A stretch of 24,818 nucleotides of DNA. Source: Methanothrix sp. (GTDB lineage: Archaea; Halobacteriota; Methanosarcinia; Methanotrichales; Methanotrichaceae). The position numbers and the translations under genes are program-made. The stretch lies in assembly GCA_037128175.1 (NCBI GenBank), contig JBAXWY010000043.1:1-24818 (forward strand). Direction: 5' to 3'. The notes below the pieces were generated by a model, which searched no databases, had not been told where the DNA came from, and saw only the letters and a program-made list of their open reading frames with translations. Below, piece after piece: positions 16,354 to 24,818 of the stretch. The stretch's first letter is position 1, and each line of letters begins with the position of its first letter.

Positions 16354-19300
16354 ATGACTGAAAAAATGACGAAAATGCAGAAATCCGAAAAAATAGCCAA
16401 GCACCGGTCGCAAAAAGAGAAGCTTCCGATCGCTTCGAAAAATGCACCGCTGGAAAAAGCAGCGTTCGCACGACCAGACCCGGCTCCGCTCCTGCCGGAG
16501 AAGGGCTTTCCCATTGTCGGCATCGGCGCTTCCGCCGGGGGGCTGGCGGCCTTCGAGGCCTTCTTTTCCGGCATGCCCGCCGACATCGATCCAGGCATGG
16601 CCTTTGTCCTGGTGCAGCACCTGGCCCCGGACCACAAGAGTATCCTTACCGACCTGATACGGCGCTACACCCGCATGCAAGTCTTCGAGGTCGAGGACGG
16701 AATGACTGTCCTGCAAAACTGCGCCTACATCATTCCGCCCAATCGCGACATGGCCTTCCTGAACGGCACCCTGCAACTGATGGAACCGACTGCGCCGCGC
16801 GGCCAGCGCCTGCCCATTGACTTCTTCTTCCGGTCCCTGGCCCTGGACCAGCACGAGCGGGCCATCGGCATTGTGCTTTCGGGCACCGGCAGCGACGGAA
16901 CCCTGGGGGTAAGGGCCATTAAAGGTGAAGGAGGCATGGTCATGGCCCAAAACCCGGAATCCACCGAGTACGACGGCATGCCGAGAAGCGCCATCGCCAC
17001 CGGCCTGGTGGACTACGAGCTGCCGGCGGCCGAAATGGCTGCCCAGCTCATGGCCTATGCGACCCATGCCTTTGGCAAGCCGCCCGGGGCCGCTGCCGCC
17101 CCGCTGCCCAAGGTTGAGAACGCATTCAAGAAGATCTTCATAATGCTGCGCGCAAAAACGGGTCACGACTTCTCCTTGTACAAGCCGAGCACCATCCACC
17201 GCCGCATCGAACGGCGCATGGCCGTCCAACAGATCGAAACAATGGACGCATACGTCAAGTATCTGCAGCAGACGCCTGAAGAGGTGGAAGCCCTCTATCG
17301 CGACCTGTTGATCGGCGTGACCAGTTTCTTTCGCGATCCTGAGGCATTTAAGGCGCTAGAGGATCAAGTCATCCCCAAGCTCTTTGCCGGAAAGCCGGCA
17401 GGCGCTATTATTCGCGTATGGTCGCCGGGCTGCTCCACCGGTGAGGAAGCCTATTCCCTGGCCATCCTGCTCGCCGAACGCCAGGAAGCAATGAAGCAGA
17501 GTTTCAAGGTGCAGGTCTTTGCCACAGACATTGACAGCCAGGCCATTACCACAGCCCGCGCCGGCCTCTATCCAGCCAGCATCGCCACCGACATCTCGCC
17601 GGAGAGACTGGCACGTTTTTTTGCTGCGGAGCCGGACGGCAAAGCCTACCGCATCCACAAAGGCATCCGCGACATGCTGGTCTTTTCCGAGCAGGACGTG
17701 ATCAGAGACCCGCCCTTCTCCAAGCTCGACCTGATCAGTTGCAGAAACCTCCTGATCTATATGGGTGGAGACTTGCAAAAGAAGATCATACCCCTCTTCC
17801 ACTACTCCCTTAATCCAGGCGGTTTTCTTTTCCTGGGAACATCGGAGATCGTGGGGGATTTTATCGATATTTTTGTCGCGCTGGACAGAAAGTTGAAGCT
17901 GTATCAGCGCAAGGAGGATCCCCACAGAACAGAGCGCGCTACCCTGGGCCGGTTTATGCCGCCCATGACGGCGATAGATGCGACGCCCCGCGAGTCCGCC
18001 AGAAAGACGACCGTCGCCGGGAAACTTTCCTTGCGTGATCTGACCGAAAGGACACTGCTGCACCAGGTCGTCCCAGCAGCAGCACTCGTTAACAGCCAGG
18101 GCAATATCCTCTACCTGCACGGCCGCACCGGTCTGTTCCTGGAGCCAACCCCAGGTGAGGCAGGAATCAACAACATCCTCAAAATGGCCCGCGAAGGGTT
18201 GCAACGCATTCTGACCGCAGCCCTGCATAAAGCCGCGTCGAACAACGAGGTAGTGCGCCACTCGGGACTGCGCGTTAAAACCAATGGCGACATGACTACG
18301 GTCAACCTGACCATCTTACCAGTGGCGTCAGGCCCCGCCGCGACACCTGAGTTGCCCATGTACCTGGTCATCCTGGAGGTAGCGACGCCCAAAGAGATCG
18401 AACAGGCGCAGCAGGCCGCCGCGAGTGTGAACGTCCCAGATACGGACACAGCACTACGCATCTCGACGCTCAAGCAGGAATTACGGGCCAAGGAAGAGTA
18501 CCTGCAGACCACCAATGAGGAATTGGAGACCTCCAACGAGGAACTCAAATCCACCAATGAGGAGATGCAGTCGGTCAACGAGGAGATGCAATCCACCAAC
18601 GAGGAACTGGAGACCTCCAAGGAAGAGCTGCAATCGGTCAATGAAGAACTGGCCACGGTCAACGCCGAACTGCAAACCAAGGTGGCGGATCTGTCGCGAG
18701 CCAACAACGACATGAACAACCTGCTGGCCGGCACGGGCATCGGTACCATATTTGTGGACCATCAACTGCGCATACTGCGCTTCACCCCCACCGTCACCCG
18801 GATCATGAACCTGATCAATAGCGACTTGGGACGACCAGTGAGCCACCTCGTCACCAACCTGGTCGGCTACGACCGCCTGGTGGTGGACGTGAAAACGGTG
18901 CTGGAAACGCTGGTTTCCCAAGAGGTGGAAGTGCAGACCCAGGATGGCTTGTGGTACACGATGCGTATTCTGCCCTATCGCACTCAGGAAAACGTGATCG
19001 AGGGCGCAGTGATCACCTTTATCGACATCACTGAGGTGAAAAATACAAAGGAAGCGCTGCGAAAAGCCAATGACATGCTCCGTCTGGCTGTGGTGGTGCG
19101 CGATGCGCACGATGCCATCACCGTGCAGGACCTGGAGGGACGCATCCTGGCCTGGAACCCGGCAGCTGTGAGTATGTATGGTTGGAGTGAAACCGAAGCG
19201 TTGACGATGAACGTTCGCGACCGAATCCCGGAAGAGCTAAGGGAGGAATCGTTGCGCATGATTCATCAGCTCAGCCTGGCTGAAATTATAGAACCGTATC

Positions 19301-19428
19301 TTACAAAACGGGTCACCAAAGATGGGACGATCTTAGAGGTCTGGATGACATCCACTGCCTTGCTGAATGAGGCAGGGCAGATTTATGCGATTGCGACAAC
19401 AGAACGGGCGAAAGAATTCAGGATTTGA
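16354..19428 (+). CDS. cheBR: Fused CheB methylesterase - CheR methyltransferase - PAS - methyl-accepting-like coiled coil - PAS-PAS protein (MAC1-type), no output domain
   Basis: CheB triad motifs GASAGG, VQHL, GTGSDG; CheR motifs VTSFFRDP, RVWSPGCSTGEEAYS, FATDID, DLISCRNLLIY; heptads NEELETSNEELKSTNEEMQSVNEE; terminal PAS (WNPAAVSMYGWS). Confidence 0.93.
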   Translation: MTEKMTKMQKSEKIAKHRSQKEKLPIASKNAPLEKAAFARPDPAPLLPEKGFPIVGIGASAGGLAAFEAFFSGMPADIDPGMAFVLVQHLAPDHKSILTDLIRRYTRMQVFEVEDGMTVLQNCAYIIPPNRDMAFLNGTLQLMEPTAPRGQRLPIDFFFRSLALDQHERAIGIVLSGTGSDGTLGVRAIKGEGGMVMAQNPESTEYDGMPRSAIATGLVDYELPAAEMAAQLMAYATHAFGKPPGAAAAPLPKVENAFKKIFIMLRAKTGHDFSLYKPSTIHRRIERRMAVQQIETMDAYVKYLQQTPEEVEALYRDLLIGVTSFFRDPEAFKALEDQVIPKLFAGKPAGAIIRVWSPGCSTGEEAYSLAILLAERQEAMKQSFKVQVFATDIDSQAITTARAGLYPASIATDISPERLARFFAAEPDGKAYRIHKGIRDMLVFSEQDVIRDPPFSKLDLISCRNLLIYMGGDLQKKIIPLFHYSLNPGGFLFLGTSEIVGDFIDIFVALDRKLKLYQRKEDPHRTERATLGRFMPPMTAIDATPRESARKTTVAGKLSLRDLTERTLLHQVVPAAALVNSQGNILYLHGRTGLFLEPTPGEAGINNILKMAREGLQRILTAALHKAASNNEVVRHSGLRVKTNGDMTTVNLTILPVASGPAATPELPMYLVILEVATPKEIEQAQQAAASVNVPDTDTALRISTLKQELRAKEEYLQTTNEELETSNEELKSTNEEMQSVNEEMQSTNEELETSKEELQSVNEELATVNAELQTKVADLSRANNDMNNLLAGTGIGTIFVDHQLRILRFTPTVTRIMNLINSDLGRPVSHLVTNLVGYDRLVVDVKTVLETLVSQEVEVQTQDGLWYTMRILPYRTQENVIEGAVITFIDITEVKNTKEALRKANDMLRLAVVVRDAHDAITVQDLEGRILAWNPAAVSMYGWSETEALTMNVRDRIPEELREESLRMIHQLSLAEIIEPYLTKRVTKDGTILEVWMTSTALLNEAGQIYAIATTERAKEFRI

Positions 19429-19449
19429 TCGGCATGAAGGGGGCCCACA

Positions 19450-21636
19450 ATGACCATCAAGGATGACCGATCCGAACAGGCCGCACAACTACGTCAACAG
19501 GCCGAAGATATCGTCAGGGTACGGAAAATTGCGGCCTCGCCGGAAGGCCATGAATCCCTCTCGCCCCAAGAAACCCGGCAGATGCTCCACGAACTTCGTG
19601 TGCATCAGATCGAGTTGGAGATGCAAAACGAGGAATTACGTCGCACGCAGGCGGAACTGGACAGGGCGCGAGAGCGCTACTTCGACCTGTATGACCTGGC
19701 GCCGGTCGGCTATTGCACCATCAGCGAAAATGGGCAGATCCAGGAAGCCAACCTCACCGCCGCCACTCAGCTTAGCGTAACCCGCAGAGCGCTGGTCGGT
19801 CGGCCTTTTACCAGATTCATCCTCAAGGAAGACCTGGACATCTACTACCGGCATCACAAACTGCTTTGTGAGACGGGCGCGCGGCAGGTGTGCGAGCTAA
19901 GGATGGTGAAAAAGGGCGCGGCCCCATTCTGGGCACGGCTGGAGGCGACAGCAGGGCAGGATGCAGACGGAGCACAGATGTGTCGCGTCGTAATGAGCGA
20001 TATCATCGAGCGCAAGCTGGCAGAAAAAGAGGTACAAGCCGTCAAAACACAGATGGAATTTATCCTCGGCGCGACCAAGACAGGGCTCGATACAATCGAT
20101 GCAAAATTCAATATCCACTACATCGACCCGGAGTGGAAAAAGGTCTACGGTGATTATGCCGGGCACAAGTGCTACCAGTATTTCATGGATCGCAATACTC
20201 CGTGCCCAGACTGTGGGGTGGTGAAAGCGCTCCAGACCAGGTCCATCGTCGTCACCGAAAAAGTACTGATAAAGGAAAATTCCCGTCCTATTCAGGTTAC
20301 GACAATTCCATTCCAAAATGATGCAGGTGAATGGCTCGCGGCCGAGGTCAATGTGGATATCACCGAGCGCAAGCGCGGGGAAGAGAGGCTGCGACAAGCC
20401 AATCAGGACCTGAAAAAGGCCATTGAACTGTCCAATGAATCGGCAGAGCAGGCCAGGAAGGCTAACGCCGCCAAGAGCGAATTTTTGGCCAATATGAGCC
20501 ATGAGATTCGCACCCCCTTGAACGGAGTCATCGGCATGACGGGACTGCTTCTGGAAATGGATCTAAATGCAGAGCAGCATGAATATGCGCAAATTGCCCA
20601 TATCAGCGGCGAGATGCTCCTCACTCTCATCAACGACATCCTGGACTTCTCCAAGATTGAAGCCCGCAAACTGGAACTGGAGACGCTGAACTTCGATCTT
20701 GGCACCATGCTGAAAAATACTGCAGATCTCCTGGCCCCCGGTGCCAAGGAAAAGGGGCTGGATCTGGTCTGCCAAGTGGAGCCAAATGTTCCTTCGTTCC
20801 TGCGCGGAGATTCGAGAAGGCTGCGCCAGATTCTGGTCAACCTGGGCAGCAATGCCGTGAAATTTACAGAGAAGGGCGAGATAGCTATCCGCGCCAGCCT
20901 GGAGAGCGAAGACGAACGAACTGCCACAATTCGCTTCTCGGTTCGCGACACGGGCATGGGCATCCCGGCAAATCTGCAGGATATTCTCTTCTCACCTTTC
21001 ACTCAGTTGGACGGCTCGACAACACGCAAATACGGCGGAACCGGTCTAGGGCTGACCATCTCCAAACAGCTGGCGGAATTGATGGGAGGCAGGATCGGCG
21101 TGGAAAGCAAAGAGGGCACGGGTTCTACCTTCTGGTTCACAGCGGTGTTTGAGAAGCCTCCGGCCGGGCCCACATCGGCAGATGAAAATTTTGCTAAAAT
21201 TGAAGGAGGGGGTGCTATGAATCGCACCGTCGCGAAAACCGCCCGTTCTGAAAACGATAAACGCAAGATACGCATCCTGGTAGCGGAAGACAACCCCGTA
21301 AACCAGAAAGTGGCCCAGGCCATGCTGAAAAAGATGGGGCTTTTATCGGATGTTGTGGCCAATGGTCAGGAAGCCGTCAACGCCCTGCAGACCTTTCCAT
21401 ACGACCTGGTGCTCATGGACTGCCAAATGCCCGAGATGGATGGTTTTGAGGCCACTCGCTGCATCCGTAATGGAGCATCAGAAGTAATCAACCCCAGCAT
21501 TCCCATCATCGCCATGACCGCCGCTACTATGCAAGGAGACAAAGAAAAGTGCATTTTGGCAGGGATGAACGATTTCATTGCCAAACCCGTTCAGAAAAGA
21601 GAACTGACAGAACTAATCGATAAGATAATCTTCTAG
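19450..21636 (+). CDS. PAS-PAS hybrid sensor histidine kinase/response regulator (HK-A)
   Basis: H-box [16 protein letters not shown]-box [11 protein letters not shown] boxes DTGMGI and GGTGLGL, REC domain ([15 protein letters not shown]). Confidence 0.95.
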   Translation: MTIKDDRSEQAAQLRQQAEDIVRVRKIAASPEGHESLSPQETRQMLHELRVHQIELEMQNEELRRTQAELDRARERYFDLYDLAPVGYCTISENGQIQEANLTAATQLSVTRRALVGRPFTRFILKEDLDIYYRHHKLLCETGARQVCELRMVKKGAAPFWARLEATAGQDADGAQMCRVVMSDIIERKLAEKEVQAVKTQMEFILGATKTGLDTIDAKFNIHYIDPEWKKVYGDYAGHKCYQYFMDRNTPCPDCGVVKALQTRSIVVTEKVLIKENSRPIQVTTIPFQNDAGEWLAAEVNVDITERKRGEERLRQANQDLKKAIELSNESAEQARKANAAKSEFLANMSHEIRTPLNGVIGMTGLLLEMDLNAEQHEYAQIAHISGEMLLTLINDILDFSKIEARKLELETLNFDLGTMLKNTADLLAPGAKEKGLDLVCQVEPNVPSFLRGDSRRLRQILVNLGSNAVKFTEKGEIAIRASLESEDERTATIRFSVRDTGMGIPANLQDILFSPFTQLDGSTTRKYGGTGLGLTISKQLAELMGGRIGVESKEGTGSTFWFTAVFEKPPAGPTSADENFAKIEGGGAMNRTVAKTARSENDKRKIRILVAEDNPVNQKVAQAMLKKMGLLSDVVANGQEAVNALQTFPYDLVLMDCQMPEMDGFEATRCIRNGASEVINPSIPIIAMTAATMQGDKEKCILAGMNDFIAKPVQKRELTELIDKIIF

Positions 21637-24424
21637 CAGTTCAAATATCTTTGAGATCAAAAGTGAAGAAGGCCTCCAATTGACCCGCAAGGACCAACGA
21701 TCTGCAGATGCCGCCCATTCGACCAGCACGGATAAGCATCTACGTGAACGCGCCGAAGAGGTCACCAGGGAAAATGCGGCCTCGCCGGAAAGCCAGGAGC
21801 CACTCTCGCCCCAAGAAACCCGGCAGACGCTCCACGAACTTCGCGTGCATCAGATAGAGCTGGAGATGCAAAACGAGGAATTGCGTCGCACGCAGGTGGA
21901 ACTGGACAGGGCGCGAGAGCGCTACTTCGACCTGTACGACCTGGCGCCGGTCGGCTATTGCACCATCAGCGAAAAGGGGCTGATTAAAGAAGCCAACCTC
22001 ACCGCCGCCAACTTGCTTGGCGTTGCCCGCAGTGCGCTGGTCAGGCAGCCCTTTACAAAGTTCATCCTCACGGAAGACCAGAACATCTACTACCTGCACA
22101 GCAAACCACTTTTTGAGACGGGCGCGCCGCAAGTGTACGAGCTACGGATGGTGAAAAAGGACGCCGCCCCATTCTGGGCACGGCTGGAGGCGACAGCAGG
22201 GCAGGATGCAGACGGAGCACAGATGTGTCGCGTCGTAATGAGCGATATCATCGAGCGCAAGCTGGCAGAAAAAGAGGTACAAGCCGTCAAAACACAGATG
22301 GAATTTATCCTCGGCGCGACCAAGACAGGGCTCGATACAATCGATGCAAAATTCAATATCCACTACATCGACCCGGAGTGGAAAAAGGTCTACGGTGATT
22401 ATGCCGGGCACAAGTGCTACCAGTATTTCATGGATCGCAATACTCCGTGCCCAGACTGTGGGGTGGTGAAAGCGCTCCAGACCAGGTCCATCGTCGTCAC
22501 CGAAAAAGTACTGATAAAGGAAAATTCCCGTCCTATTCAGGTTACGACAATTCCATTCCAAAATGATGCAGGTGAATGGCTCGCGGCCGAGGTCAATGTG
22601 GATATCACCGAGCGCAAGCGCGGGGAAGAGAGGCTGCGACAAGCCAATCAGGACCTGAAAAAGGCCATTGAACTGTCCAATGAATCGGCAGAGCAGGCCA
22701 GGAAGGCTAACGCCGCCAAGAGCGAATTTTTGGCCAATATGAGCCATGAGATTCGCACCCCCTTGAACGGAGTCATCGGCATGACGGGACTGCTTCTGGA
22801 AATGGATCTAAATGCAGAGCAGCATGAATATGCGCAAATTGCCCATATCAGCGGCGAGATGCTCCTCACTCTCATCAACGACATCCTGGACTTCTCCAAG
22901 ATTGAAGCCCGCAAACTGGAACTGGAGACGCTGAACTTCGATCTTGGCACCATGCTGAAAAATACTGCAGATCTCCTGGCCCCCGGTGCCAAGGAAAAGG
23001 GGCTGGATCTGGTCTGCCAAGTGGAGCCAAATGTTCCTTCGTTCCTGCGCGGAGATTCGAGAAGGCTGCGCCAGATTCTGGTCAACCTGGGCAGCAATGC
23101 CGTGAAATTTACAGAGAAGGGCGAGATAGCTATCCGCGCCAGCCTGGAGAGCGAAGACGAACGAACTGCCACAATTCGCTTCTCGGTTCGCGACACGGGC
23201 ATGGGCATCCCGGCAAATCTGCAGGATATTCTCTTCTCACCTTTCACTCAGTTGGACGGCTCGACAACACGCAAATACGGCGGAACCGGTCTAGGGCTGA
23301 CCATCTCCAAACAGCTGGCGGAATTGATGGGAGGCAGGATCGGCGTGGAAAGCAAAGAGGGCACGGGTTCTACCTTCTGGTTCACAGCGGTGTTTGAGAA
23401 GCCTCCGGCCGGGCCCACATCGGCAGATGAAAATTTTGCTAAAATTGAAGGAGGGGGTGCTATGAATCGCACCGTCGCGAAAACCGCCCGTTCTGAAAAC
23501 GATAAACGCAAGATACGCATCCTGGTAGCGGAAGACAACCCCGTAAACCAGAAAGTGGCCCAGGCCATGCTGAAAAAGATGGGGCTTTTATCGGATGTTG
23601 TGGCCAATGGTCAGGAAGCCGTCAACGCCCTGCAGACCTTTCCATACGACCTGGTGCTCATGGACTGCCAAATGCCCGAGATGGATGGTTTTGAGGCCAC
23701 TCGCTGCATCCGTAATGGAGCATCAGAAGTAATCAACCCCAGCATTCCCATCATCGCCATGACCGCCGCTACTATGCAAGGAGACAAAGAAAAGTGCATT
23801 TTGGCAGGGATGAACGATTTCATTGCCAAACCCGTTCAGAAAAGAGAACTGACAGAACTAATCGATAAGATAATCTTCTAGCAGTTCAAATATCTTTGAG
23901 ATCAAAAGTGAAGAAGGCCTCCAATTGACCCGCAAGGACCAACGATCTGCAGATGCCGCCCATTCGACCAGCACGGATAAGCATCTACGTGAACGCGCCG
24001 AAGAGGTCACCAGGGAAAATGCGGCCTCGCCGGAAAGCCAGGAGCCACTCTCGCCCCAAGAAACCCGGCAGACGCTCCACGAACTTCGCGTGCATCAGAT
24101 AGAGCTGGAGATGCAAAACGAGGAATTGCGTCGCACGCAGGTGGAACTGGACAGGGCGCGAGAGCGCTACTTCGACCTGTACGACCTGGCGCCGGTCGGC
24201 TATTGCACCATCAGCGAAAAGGGGCTGATTAAAGAAGCCAACCTCACCGCCGCCAACTTGCTTGGCGTTGCCCGCAGTGCGCTGGTCAGGCAGCCCTTTA
24301 CAAAGTTCATCCTCACGGAAGACCAGAACATCTACTACCTGCACAGCAAACCACTTTTTGAGACGGGCGCGCCGCAAGTGTACGAGCTACGGATGGTGAA
24401 AAAGGACGCCGCCCCATTCTGGGC
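19921..24424 (+). repeat. 2245-bp tandem duplication, apparently exact (19921-22165 and 22166-24410, plus 14-bp junction homology)
   Basis: gccccattctgggc at 19921, 22166 and 24411. All shadow ORFs recur at a +2245 offset. Confidence 0.95.
21680..23881 (+). CDS. Chimeric PAS-PAS hybrid histidine kinase (N-terminus of HK-B plus remainder of HK-A), TTG start
   Basis: 21680-22179 matches 23925-24424, and 22166-23881 matches 19921-21636. Confidence 0.9.
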   Translation: MTRKDQRSADAAHSTSTDKHLRERAEEVTRENAASPESQEPLSPQETRQTLHELRVHQIELEMQNEELRRTQVELDRARERYFDLYDLAPVGYCTISEKGLIKEANLTAANLLGVARSALVRQPFTKFILTEDQNIYYLHSKPLFETGAPQVYELRMVKKDAAPFWARLEATAGQDADGAQMCRVVMSDIIERKLAEKEVQAVKTQMEFILGATKTGLDTIDAKFNIHYIDPEWKKVYGDYAGHKCYQYFMDRNTPCPDCGVVKALQTRSIVVTEKVLIKENSRPIQVTTIPFQNDAGEWLAAEVNVDITERKRGEERLRQANQDLKKAIELSNESAEQARKANAAKSEFLANMSHEIRTPLNGVIGMTGLLLEMDLNAEQHEYAQIAHISGEMLLTLINDILDFSKIEARKLELETLNFDLGTMLKNTADLLAPGAKEKGLDLVCQVEPNVPSFLRGDSRRLRQILVNLGSNAVKFTEKGEIAIRASLESEDERTATIRFSVRDTGMGIPANLQDILFSPFTQLDGSTTRKYGGTGLGLTISKQLAELMGGRIGVESKEGTGSTFWFTAVFEKPPAGPTSADENFAKIEGGGAMNRTVAKTARSENDKRKIRILVAEDNPVNQKVAQAMLKKMGLLSDVVANGQEAVNALQTFPYDLVLMDCQMPEMDGFEATRCIRNGASEVINPSIPIIAMTAATMQGDKEKCILAGMNDFIAKPVQKRELTELIDKIIF

Positions 24425-24818
24425 GCGACTGGAGGCGAACAGAGAGCAGGACTCTGGTGGGACAACGCTGTGTCGCGTCACTGTAAGCGACATCACCGAG
24501 CGCAAACTCGCGGAGGAGAAAATTGCCTTCTCAGAAGCACTTCTGAATGCTACCCTCGATTCCATACCGGATATCATAGGAATACAAAATCCAGACCATA
24601 CGATTGTACGCTATAACCACGCCGGATACAAATTTTTGAATCTTGCTCCGGAGAAGGTTCACGGGCGGCGATGCTACGAACTGATCGGGCGAAACGTTCC
24701 CTGCGAAGAATGTGCAACCGAAAAGGCGCTGGACACTAATAAGTTGGAACAGATAGAGATGCATCTGCCCGAATACGGAGTTTATCTGGACTGCCGATCT
24801 AACCCCGTATTGAATGAC
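23925..24818 (+). CDS. PAS-domain sensor protein (HK-B), runs off the window end; probably a histidine kinase
   Basis: TTG start, same first ~167 codons as the 21680 gene, then unique LEANREQDSGGTTLCRVTVSDITERK...DSIPDIIGIQ...RCYELIGRNVPCEEC. Open to the end of the window and absent from the ORF track. Confidence 0.85.
   Translation, partial: MTRKDQRSADAAHSTSTDKHLRERAEEVTRENAASPESQEPLSPQETRQTLHELRVHQIELEMQNEELRRTQVELDRARERYFDLYDLAPVGYCTISEKGLIKEANLTAANLLGVARSALVRQPFTKFILTEDQNIYYLHSKPLFETGAPQVYELRMVKKDAAPFWARLEANREQDSGGTTLCRVTVSDITERKLAEEKIAFSEALLNATLDSIPDIIGIQNPDHTIVRYNHAGYKFLNLAPEKVHGRRCYELIGRNVPCEECATEKALDTNKLEQIEMHLPEYGVYLDCRSNPVLND

Noticed and set aside
18500-18670. 21-bp periodic DNA repeat
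   Set aside because: Explained by the protein heptad coiled coil.
16279-19259. Long antisense ORFs (316, 301, 212, 209 aa) within cheBR
   Set aside because: Typical shadows of a GC-rich coding strand, with no recognisable motifs.
19450-24818. Repeats as a diversity-generating retroelement TR/VR pair or an IS-mediated duplication
   Set aside because: No reverse transcriptase or transposase, no adenine-specific mismatches, and no terminal inverted repeats.

Overview
Archaeal-looking window. TATA/BRE-type promoters, gatCAB, a COG1361+ABC triad and the surface-protein style suggest a methanogen, possibly Methanotrichaceae; this taxonomy is inference only. In order it holds: the 3' part of a giant repetitive surface protein (fascin-like repeats, ~16 tandem beta-helix-cap modules, a C-terminal GGxIYN beta-helix); a MacB/LolD-type ABC operon; a small basic ORF; an FAD oxidoreductase; and gatCAB. 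Next is an accessory island with two tandem DUF4062 (TIR-like)-HATPase_c_4-wHTH paralogues. These are embedded in unannotated remnants of a type I R-M hsdS 5' end (twice) and a Schlafen/AlbA_2 N-terminal stub. The window ends with a bacterial-type CheB-CheR-coiled-coil-PAS (MAC1-like) gene and three PAS sensor kinase genes. The middle kinase is a chimera created by an apparently exact 2245-bp tandem duplication whose crossover maps to a 14-bp identity. All family calls come from motif recognition by eye, with no database searches.
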